Assembly: GCA_000385055.1 (NCBI GenBank)
Contig: ARRL01000001.1
Coordinates: 292,934 to 356,933, forward strand
Source of the DNA: a gamma proteobacterium SCGC AAA168-P09
GTDB taxonomy: Bacteria; Pseudomonadota; Gammaproteobacteria; Magnimaribacterales; D2472
DNA: 64,000 nt
Direction of reading: 5' to 3'
This document shows positions 11,134-18,681 of this stretch, in pieces; position 1 is the first letter of the stretch; each line of letters opens with the position of its first letter. Made by a program: the position numbers and the translations under genes. Under the pieces are notes generated by a model. It did not search any database and had not been told where the DNA came from. It saw nothing but the letters and a program-made list of their open reading frames with translations.

Positions 11134-12368
11134 TAAAAAGGACTATAAGATTTGTATAGTTGGTTTGGGGTATGTTGGACTTCCTTTGGCGGCAAGATTT
11201 GCACTAAAGGGATTCAATGTAACCGGTTTTGATATAAAAGAAGAAAGAGTTAATCAGTTAAAAGATAATATTGATGTTAATAATGACATATCGAACAAGA
11301 ATCTAGAAGTTTTAAGTAAAAATTGCAATCTAACTTCAAAAATTGAGGAAATTAAAAAAAAGTAATATTTTTATAGTTACTGTTCCTACTCCAATAAATG
11401 AGGACAAAACTCCTGACTTAAGACCGCTTATAACGTCTAGTGAACTAGTCGGAAGTATAATTAAAAAAGGCTCAATAGTTATATATGAGTCCACAGTTTA
11501 TCCAGGAGTAACAGATGAAATATGCACTCCAATTCTAGAAAAAAAATCGGGATTAATTTTTAATAAAGAGTTTTCAACTGGGTATAGCCCTGAAAGAGTA
11601 GTTCCTGGAGATAAAATTAATACAATTGAAAAGATTAAAAAAGTCATTTCAGGTTCTAATATCGAAGCTTTAAAAATTATATCTTTTATCTATTCATAAA
11701 TTATAGAAGCTGGCATTCACGAAGCGCCATCAATTAAGGTTGCTGAAGCAGCAAAAGTTACTGAAAATATTCAAAGAGATGTGAATATTGCACTTATTAA
11801 TGAAATGCATCAACTTTATACTTCAATTGGTATAAATACTAATGATGTTATTGAGGCTGCATCAACTAAATGGAATTTTATGAAATTGATTCCAGGTATG
11901 GTTGGAGGCCATTGTATAAGTATTGATCCTTATTATTTGATGCATAAATCTGAAATATCAGGCTATAGCCCAAACTTGATGAGAACTGCTCGCAAAATTA
12001 ATGATGAAATGCATGAATGGGTTTTGAGAGATTTTATTAGATATATGGATCAGATGAATATTGATTTAGAGTCCACTGAAATAACAGTTTTTGGATATTC
12101 TTTCAAAGAAAATTGTTCAGATACAAGAAATACAAAAGTTAAAAACTTACTTTTATCAATGAGGGATTATAAAATTAAATTTCAATTATGGGACCCATTA
12201 ATCTTTGATCATGACCATAAAGAATTAAATGCACTAGGAATTAAAACTCTCAAGGATGAACCAAAAAATATTAAAGTTGTCTTGCTTTGTGTTAAACACA
12301 CACAATTTGAAGATTTCTTGAAGAAGTTTAATGGTGTTCTATACGATTATAAAACACCTTTGGAATAA
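11120..12368 (+). pseudogene. nucleotide-sugar (UDP-HexNAc, TviB/WbpO-type) dehydrogenase broken into three ORFs
   Basis: ORFs 11120-11365, 11343-11699 and 11781-12368 join into one protein (GLGYVGLP, IVTVPTP, YESTVYPG, SPER, KVAEAAK..EN.QRDVNIA, GGHCI). One extra A in the A8 run 11354-11361 shifts the frame; in-frame TAA at 11697-11699. Could be sequencing error. Confidence 0.8.
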
Positions 12369-12414
12369 GATAAGTAAATAATATAAAATGTGTAAAAAGT
12401 AAATATAAAAAAAT

Positions 12415-13188
12415 ATGAAAGTAATTATTGTAAGCGGCGGCTTTGATCCTCTTCATTCAGGACATATTGCTTATTTTAAATCCGCAAAAGAGCTTGGTGA
12501 TAAATTAATAGTTGCTTTAAATAGTGATGACTGGCTTATAAATAAGAAAGGTAAATTTTTTATGCCTTTTCTTGAACGTAAAGCTATAGTTGAAAACTTG
12601 TCATGTGTTGATCTGGTAATTGATTTTGAAGATGACAAATTAGGAAGTGCAACAAATGCATTATTGAAGGCAAAAGAAATGTACCCAAATGATGAGTTAG
12701 TTTTTGCAAATGGGGGCGATAGAAATAAAGAAAATATTCCTGAAATGTCTGTTGATGATGTAAAGTTTGAGTTTAGTGTTGGAGGAGATGACAAGAAAAA
12801 TTCATCTTCCTGGATACTAAAAAATTGGCAGTATTATCATGAAGAGAGATTATGGGGCTCTTTTTATAATCTTTTTGAAGAGGAACAAGTTAAAGTTAAA
12901 GAGCTTATTGTTGCTCCTGGAAAAGGAATGAGTTTTCAAAAGCATTTTAAGAGAAGCGAAATATGGATGGTAAGCAAAGGTTCATGCGTTGTTAATTATA
13001 GTAAAAATGATCCAAGTCAAAAGCAAAATATTCAACTCAATCAATTTGATCATTACTTAGTTCCTGTCGGTGAGTGGCATCAAATAACTAATCCATTTAA
13101 AGAAACTTGTCACCTTATTGAAATACAATATGGAAAGGAATGTGTTGAAGATGACATAGAGAGGACTGAATATTACCAAGAAAAATAA
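12415..13188 (+). CDS. cytidylyltransferase-family domain fused to a cupin (mannose-6-phosphate isomerase type II C-terminal-like) domain
   Basis: SGGFDPLHSGH (HxGH), FANGGDR; C-terminal ERLWG..Y..VK.L.V.PG..MS.Q.H..RSE.W cupin. Confidence 0.85.
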   Translation: MKVIIVSGGFDPLHSGHIAYFKSAKELGDKLIVALNSDDWLINKKGKFFMPFLERKAIVENLSCVDLVIDFEDDKLGSATNALLKAKEMYPNDELVFANGGDRNKENIPEMSVDDVKFEFSVGGDDKKNSSSWILKNWQYYHEERLWGSFYNLFEEEQVKVKELIVAPGKGMSFQKHFKRSEIWMVSKGSCVVNYSKNDPSQKQNIQLNQFDHYLVPVGEWHQITNPFKETCHLIEIQYGKECVEDDIERTEYYQEK

Positions 13189-13240
13189 CTTTTAAACTTC
13201 TATATTTACTATATTCCTATACAATGCTTTTTGTTGTATT

Positions 13241-13314
13241 GGCTGGATGGCAGAGTGGTTATGCAGCGGCCTGCAAAGCCGTTTACGCCGGTTCGATTCC
13301 GGCTTCAGCCTCCA
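13241..13314 (+). tRNA. tRNA-Cys(GCA)
   Basis: GGCTGGA...TTCAGCC acceptor stem, anticodon loop CTGCAAA, GGTTCGATTCC T-arm, encoded CCA. Confidence 0.97.
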
Positions 13315-13331
13315 TGATATAATTTTTATAA

Positions 13332-13556
13332 ATGCACAATAAAATAAAGAAACTAACTAAGGCTATTATTCCAGTTGCTGGACTCGGAACAAGGATGCTT
13401 CCTGCTACCAAGGCCATACCTAAAAAGCTTTTACCTATATAAGATTGTGGTAATAAAAAAGGGTTCATAGGCGCCAATTTGATGTTTGGCATGAGAGACC
13501 CTGAAATATCAGTTTATTTAAAAGATTTGTTTGATACATTCAATAAAAATATATAG
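13332..13556 (+). pseudogene. galU: UTP--glucose-1-phosphate uridylyltransferase remnant with a large internal deletion
   Basis: 36 N-terminal codons ([27 protein letters not shown]), then TAA, then in the same frame DCGNKKGFIGANLMFGMRDPEI..., resembling the GalU C-terminus. Confidence 0.8.
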
Positions 13557-13596
13557 TAAAATATCAACCTTAATTAGGAGTCTAGTTTTTATATAA

Positions 13597-13683
13597 GCCC
13601 GAGTGGTGGAATTGGTAGACACAAGGGACTTAAAATCCCTCGATAGAAATATCGTGCCGGTTCAAGTCCGGCCTCGGGTACCA
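13597..13683 (+). tRNA. tRNA-Leu(TAA)
   Basis: GCCCGAG...CTCGGGT acceptor stem, anticodon loop CTTAAAA, long variable arm, GGTTCAAGTCC, CCA. Confidence 0.97.
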
Positions 13684-13689
13684 CATATT

Positions 13690-14169
13690 ATGAAAAAAAA
13701 TTGGCTTGTTGCAACATACAAAATTAACGAACTTAGAAGAGTAGAAAGTAATTTATTAAATCAAAAATTTGACTATTGTTTACCAAAAATAACTACAAAA
13801 AAGATTAACTCTAATCCTAAAGTAGAAGAGCTCTTTCCCGGCTACATTTTTGTTAACACTAGTTTTGAAAATTACTCAGCTCTTAAATATACAATGGGTA
13901 TAAGAAATATTATAAAATTTGGAAATAATATCTCCTGCATCTCTGATGAAGAAATTGAAGTCATGCAAATGGTAGAGGAAACATCAAAAATAGATCCAGC
14001 AGCTTCACAAATACAAATAGGTCAAGATGTCATGATTGCAAAGGGTTCTTTAACAGGAAGTATCGTAAAAGTTTGCTCGCTTCCTTCTAAGGAACGAGTT
14101 AGCGTCCTTCTTTCTTTTCTTGGCTCTGTGAGAAGAGTTACTATCCCAGAAAAAGACCTTATCTTTTAA
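13690..14169 (+). CDS. rfaH: RfaH-like (NusG family) transcription antiterminator; true start ATG 13690, not 13603
   Basis: W.VA..K....R...NL..Q, LFPGYIFV, TMGIRNIIKFG, KOW-like GQDV.I.KG.L.G, ERVSVLLSFLG; sits at the head of the glycan cluster. Confidence 0.82.
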   Translation: MKKNWLVATYKINELRRVESNLLNQKFDYCLPKITTKKINSNPKVEELFPGYIFVNTSFENYSALKYTMGIRNIIKFGNNISCISDEEIEVMQMVEETSKIDPAASQIQIGQDVMIAKGSLTGSIVKVCSLPSKERVSVLLSFLGSVRRVTIPEKDLIF

Positions 14170-14175
14170 AATACG

Positions 14176-14204
14176 TTGACTATAAAAACACTTAATATTA
14201 CAAT
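14176..14204 (+). promoter_or_regulatory. sigma70 promoter TTGACT-N17-TACAAT
   Basis: Near-consensus -35 (14176-14181) and -10 (14199-14204) with 17-bp spacer. Confidence 0.75.
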
Positions 14205-14258
14205 AGTTCAAATGTTGAACGGTGCTAATTAAAAAAAATTATTTTAATTATTAATCCG

Positions 14259-14271
14259 TGCGGTAGCTATG
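14259..14271 (+). promoter_or_regulatory. ops-like (RfaH-loading) element
   Basis: TGCGGTAGCTATG versus E. coli ops GGCGGTAGnnTG; lies in the leader between the promoter and the glycan genes, next to rfaH. Confidence 0.65.
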
Positions 14272-14286
14272 TAACCCAATCATTTT

Positions 14287-14318
14287 TTGACACATAAATC
14301 ACTTCTGCTAAATTAGCA
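14287..14318 (+). promoter_or_regulatory. second promoter (TTGACA-N16-TAAATT, extended -10) with overlapping inverted repeat TGCTA-AAT-TAGCA
   Basis: TTGACA 14287-14292; TGcTAAATT 14306-14314; palindrome 14306-14318, just upstream of the MarR-type gene. Confidence 0.5.
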
Positions 14319-14323
14319 ATCTC

Positions 14324-14635
14324 ATGACAAAAGACCAAAGTATTACAGAAGATCAATTAGATCTTATGCATATTATTGAAAAAGATGGCAGAGCATCTCA
14401 AAGACTAATATCTCAAAACTCCGGCTTCAGTATAGGAAAGGTCAATTATTGTCTTAAGGCATTGATAGATATTGGGTTTATTAAAATAAATAACTTTAAT
14501 AATTCAAACAAAAAATTAAATTATGCATATATTTTAACGCCGATGGGTATCCAAGAAAAAACAGCTATAACGAAGCAATTTATTATCAAAAAGAAACAAG
14601 AATACGATAAACTTAATTCATACCTCAATACATAA
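14324..14635 (+). CDS. MarR-family EPS-associated transcriptional regulator
   Basis: SQR.IS...GFSIGKVNYCLKAL...G.IK..NF.NS.KKL.YAY.LTP.G..EK. Confidence 0.88.
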   Translation: MTKDQSITEDQLDLMHIIEKDGRASQRLISQNSGFSIGKVNYCLKALIDIGFIKINNFNNSNKKLNYAYILTPMGIQEKTAITKQFIIKKKQEYDKLNSYLNT

Positions 14636-14641
14636 TTTTTT

Positions 14642-15589
14642 ATGCAAGAAGCACATAGCAATAAACATCCCAATGATTTTGATGATGAAATAGATCTTCG
14701 AGAACTTTTTTATGTTCTATTGGAGGGAAAATGGATTATTGTTTCTCTGACTGCTTTTGTATCTATTATTGGAGTTATTTATAGTTTACTTTTACCAAAT
14801 ATATATGAATCTAAGGCTATGCTAGCTCCAGTTAATTCATCTAGCGGTATTTCTGGAGCTCTTGGAAGTTATAGTGGTCTTGCAGGGCTTGCTGGGATAA
14901 GCCTCCCTACTGGTGGTGATGAGGGTAATTCTGTAAAAGCAATACAAAAGATTAGCTCTCTAAGTTTTTTTGAGAACCATATTCTGGTAAATATTCATCT
15001 ACCTGATCTTATGGCCCTTAAATCTTGGAACTCTATAACAAATAGTCTAGTTTTTGATGATAGTATTTACGACACGAACAAAAAAACTTGGATCAGAGAC
15101 TATTCTTATCCTCAGCAACAAATACCAAGCGCTCAAGAAAGCTTTCAAGTATTTAAATCCGAACACCTACTTTTAAGTGAAGATAAAAAATCTGGTTTTA
15201 TCACCCTGTCAATCAAACATCAATCACCATTCATAGCAAGGCAATGGGTTGAGTTAGTTGTTAATGAAATTAATGCTTTTTATAGACAAAAAGATAAATT
15301 AGAGTCAGAAAAGGCTGTTAGTTATCTCAATCAACAAATTTTAATGAATAGCTTATCTGAAATTAAGGAAGTTCTAGCACAGCTATTGCAAGAAGAAACT
15401 AAAAAATTAACCCTGATTGAAGCCAATGACTATTACGTTTTCGATTATATTGACCCTCCTGCGGTAATGGAAAAAAAATCAGAGCCTAATAGGGCTTTAA
15501 TATGGATTTTAAGTGCTCTATTTGGTGGAATGCTTAGTGCTGTTTTAGTTTTTATAAGGCATTATGTAGCAAAGCAAAAGGCCACTTAA
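14642..15589 (+). CDS. wzz: Wzz/FepE-type polysaccharide chain-length determinant
   Basis: DEIDLRELF..L..GKWII N-terminal TM, ..PP..PEKKSEPNRALI C-terminal TM. Confidence 0.85.
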   Translation: MQEAHSNKHPNDFDDEIDLRELFYVLLEGKWIIVSLTAFVSIIGVIYSLLLPNIYESKAMLAPVNSSSGISGALGSYSGLAGLAGISLPTGGDEGNSVKAIQKISSLSFFENHILVNIHLPDLMALKSWNSITNSLVFDDSIYDTNKKTWIRDYSYPQQQIPSAQESFQVFKSEHLLLSEDKKSGFITLSIKHQSPFIARQWVELVVNEINAFYRQKDKLESEKAVSYLNQQILMNSLSEIKEVLAQLLQEETKKLTLIEANDYYVFDYIDPPAVMEKKSEPNRALIWILSALFGGMLSAVLVFIRHYVAKQKAT

Positions 15590-15672
15590 GCTTCTAGATT
15601 TCAATTATTAAATTTATAGTATCAAGAAAAACCGCTGCGATGACAATATTAATTTTATAGAGAAATGTACTT

Positions 15673-16359
15673 ATGATTGTTTGTATAATTCCTGCTAGAG
15701 GAGGCTCAGAGGGAATACCAAAAAAGAATCTCTTGCCTATATGTGGTCAGCCGCTAATAGGGTGGACAATAGATAGTGCTCTTGAAACGCAAGAAATAGA
15801 CGAGATATTTGTTTCTACCGATGATGATGAGATTGCTAACTTTGCTAAAAGTAAAGGCGTAAAAGTTATTAAAAGGCCAGTCGAGATTTCTGGCGGTGAT
15901 GCTAGTTCTGAATCAGCAATTATACATGCGCTCAATGTGATTGAGGAGTCTGTAGATTGTAAGATCACTTTAACCGTTTTCTTGCAAGCTACTTCTCCTT
16001 TGCGTGTTAGCAAAGACATTTCAGAGGCAATTCTCTTATTTAGGGATAGTAATGCTGATTCCTTGTTCTCTTCAAGCGTTGCTGCTGATCTTACAATTTG
16101 GAATAATGGCCCCTATGGCTTGGAAAGTGTGAATTTCGACTATAAAAAAAGGTTGATTAGGCAGGTGGCTCCAATACAATACGTGGAAAACGGGTCTATT
16201 TATATTTTTCGTCCGAAACTACTTTTAGAAACGGGGAATAGATTAGGGGGACGGATAGAGACCTACATTATGCAGCCATGGCAGATTCATGAGATTGATG
16301 TGCAAGAAGATGCTGAACTTGTTGAATATTATATGGAGAGATATATCATTGGAAAATAG
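15673..16359 (+). CDS. acylneuraminate (nonulosonate) cytidylyltransferase, NeuA-like
   Basis: IIPARGGSEGIPKKN, VSTDD, LQATSPLR, ENGSIY, EID. Confidence 0.9.
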   Translation: MIVCIIPARGGSEGIPKKNLLPICGQPLIGWTIDSALETQEIDEIFVSTDDDEIANFAKSKGVKVIKRPVEISGGDASSESAIIHALNVIEESVDCKITLTVFLQATSPLRVSKDISEAILLFRDSNADSLFSSSVAADLTIWNNGPYGLESVNFDYKKRLIRQVAPIQYVENGSIYIFRPKLLLETGNRLGGRIETYIMQPWQIHEIDVQEDAELVEYYMERYIIGK

Positions 16360-17488
16360 TAAAATAAGCTTTAGATTAAGATCAGATATACTTATAGAGC
16401 AAGGGCTATTAAAAAATTTTAAGGAGCACGTGAATGGCCTTGGTGTGAACAGTCCTCTGTTTCTTTGTGATAAAAATTTAGAAACATCTGAATATTTTGG
16501 AGCTATTAAATCACAACTACAGAGCTTCGCAGAAGGGAGTGAATTCAAGTTTTTGGAGTTGAAGGGTGAGCCCAGCTACGAACTATTGTCCGATCTGCTT
16601 TGTGAGTTAGACATGAGTAGCATTGACTGTATCGTATCAATTGGTGGTGGAAGTACCATGGATATTGGCAAGGGGCTTGCTTTGCTTGCCACTAATCCAG
16701 CAGAGCCAAAGACTTTGAAAGGATTCCCAGTTGGATTAAATAGCCCCTTACCACACATTACCGTTCCTTCGGTCTTGGGTAGTGGTGCTGAAGCTAGCTT
16801 TAACGCTGTCTTTATTGATGAAGCTGAAGGGCGAAAATTGGGGATTAACTCACTAAATAACTTCCCGACTTTAGTATTGGTGGATCCACTTCTCACAATG
16901 AGCGCTCCTAAATCAGTAGTTATCTCATCTGCTTTAGATTGCATGGTCCACTGCGTGGATAGTTTTGGTTCAAAAAAATCTACTCCTATATCTAAGATGT
17001 TTTCAATTGAGGGATTTAAAAATGCCTGGAATTTCCTTGCAATGGGAGATTTAGATGAACCGGAGGCAAGAATGTTTTTGGCACAGGCTAGCATTTTGGG
17101 TATCTACGCGCTGATGAACTCGGGAGATGGCCCCACGAATGGTTTTGCTTATTACTTTGGGGTGCAAGATAATATACCCCATGGTATGGCTGGTGGCATG
17201 TTTCTAAAAGATGTTATGGAGTGGAATTTTATAAACGGGTATGACTCTTATGATAAGTTAATAAGTGATACTCATAATTTGGATATGACTCATTTTTTAT
17301 CTGATTTTTCTAAAGTGCTGAAGGCTTTTTCAGTGCCAAAGTTATCTGATTATGGATACGTAAATACTGATATTGAAGAGTTGAGTTCGAAAGTTGCATT
17401 ATCATTGACGGGGTCATTTTCTGGCAACCCAATACCATTCAACCAAGACTCAGCTAAATGGGTCCTATCTCAACAATTCAAAGGATAA
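16289..17488 (+). CDS. iron-containing alcohol dehydrogenase family protein, KdnB-like (true start probably later, near 16349)
   Basis: GGGSTMDIGK, P...GSGAEAS, RKLGINS, DCMVHCV, HG motif. Confidence 0.8.
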   Translation: MRLMCKKMLNLLNIIWRDISLENSKISFRLRSDILIEQGLLKNFKEHVNGLGVNSPLFLCDKNLETSEYFGAIKSQLQSFAEGSEFKFLELKGEPSYELLSDLLCELDMSSIDCIVSIGGGSTMDIGKGLALLATNPAEPKTLKGFPVGLNSPLPHITVPSVLGSGAEASFNAVFIDEAEGRKLGINSLNNFPTLVLVDPLLTMSAPKSVVISSALDCMVHCVDSFGSKKSTPISKMFSIEGFKNAWNFLAMGDLDEPEARMFLAQASILGIYALMNSGDGPTNGFAYYFGVQDNIPHGMAGGMFLKDVMEWNFINGYDSYDKLISDTHNLDMTHFLSDFSKVLKAFSVPKLSDYGYVNTDIEELSSKVALSLTGSFSGNPIPFNQDSAKWVLSQQFKG

Positions 17489-17496
17489 AATTAATT

Positions 17497-18648
17497 ATGG
17501 CAGGTGCAGAAATAATAGGTAAAGAAGAGCTTAATGAGATTCTCGATTTATTTAGTGGTGATTCGGTGACTCTATATCGCTATGGTCCCAATAATTATAA
17601 AACAAAGGAGTTAGAAAGCAATTTTGCAGAGTACATGGGGGTTAAATATGCCCATGCTGTATCATCTGGAACTGCCGCCATTCATTGTGCTCTTGCTGCG
17701 GCTGGTGTCGGTCCTGGCGATGAAGTTATCACTACTGCATGGACCTTCATTGCTCCTATTGAGGCCATTAGCGCGCTAGGAGCAACCCCAGTTCCTGTAA
17801 ATCTAGATTCGTCTTTCCATATGGATCCAGAGCAAATTGAATCTAAAATAAGTTCAAAGACAAAAGCGATGGTGGTTGTGCCAATGTGGGCATCTCCTGA
17901 TATGCATGCTTTAGTAAACATATGTGAAAAACACTCGATCACTTTAATTGAGGATGCCGCTCAATCGCTCGGTGCAAAATTTAAAGGTAAGAAGCTTGGT
18001 ACTTTTGGGCAATTAGGCTCTTTTTCGTTCGATGCGGGTAAGACGCTTCATGTCGGTGAGGGAGGAATGATAATAACTGACAGTAAGGAGCTTTATGAAA
18101 AAGTTGCTGAGTTCTCAGACCATGGGCATATGCATATCGAAGGCCTTCCAAGAGGAAAGGATCCAAGGCGTATGCCAGGACTGAATTACAGAATGAGTGA
18201 GCTTACGGCTGCAGTGGGTATAGCTCAGTTAAGAAAGATAGATGAGATTTTAAATAAAACTAGGGAAAATAAGTACAAGCTAAAAGCCATGTTGGAGAAT
18301 CTTCCAGGTTTAAAAATGAGAGACTTTCATGATGAAGATGGTGCTCAAGGAGACACCCTTATTTTTTCTCTGGAAACTAATGAATTAGCATTAAAGCTAG
18401 AAAATGCACTTATGAATGCTGGATTTGGGACTAAAATATTGCCCGAGGCGATTGATTGGCATTATGCTGGGGCCTGGAATCATATTTTTACTGACAAGAC
18501 TATTGAGGAGCTAGAAGAAGAGTTTAAAATGTCAGGAGATCTGCTAAGAAGGAGTATTTGCTTAAACATTCCTGTTTTGCTTGATGAAGATGCAATCACA
18601 GCAATGGCGGCGGTTATAAATGAGTTTGTGTCGTCGCAATGCTTCTAA
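17497..18648 (+). CDS. DegT/DnrJ PLP aminotransferase, KdnA-like (likely ATG 17497)
   Basis: SSGTAA, GDEVI, EDAAQSLG, FSFDAGKT..GEGG, FSDHGH, GLNYRMSE. Confidence 0.88.
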   Translation: MAGAEIIGKEELNEILDLFSGDSVTLYRYGPNNYKTKELESNFAEYMGVKYAHAVSSGTAAIHCALAAAGVGPGDEVITTAWTFIAPIEAISALGATPVPVNLDSSFHMDPEQIESKISSKTKAMVVVPMWASPDMHALVNICEKHSITLIEDAAQSLGAKFKGKKLGTFGQLGSFSFDAGKTLHVGEGGMIITDSKELYEKVAEFSDHGHMHIEGLPRGKDPRRMPGLNYRMSELTAAVGIAQLRKIDEILNKTRENKYKLKAMLENLPGLKMRDFHDEDGAQGDTLIFSLETNELALKLENALMNAGFGTKILPEAIDWHYAGAWNHIFTDKTIEELEEEFKMSGDLLRRSICLNIPVLLDEDAITAMAAVINEFVSSQCF

Positions 18649-18681
18649 AAATTCAAGTACCATGGAAAGTCAGATTCAATA

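Noticed and set aside
13283-13689. ORF 13283-13492 (-) and the N-terminal extension of ORF 13603
   Set aside because: They overlap tRNA-Cys, the galU remnant or tRNA-Leu; the RfaH-like protein starts at ATG 13690.
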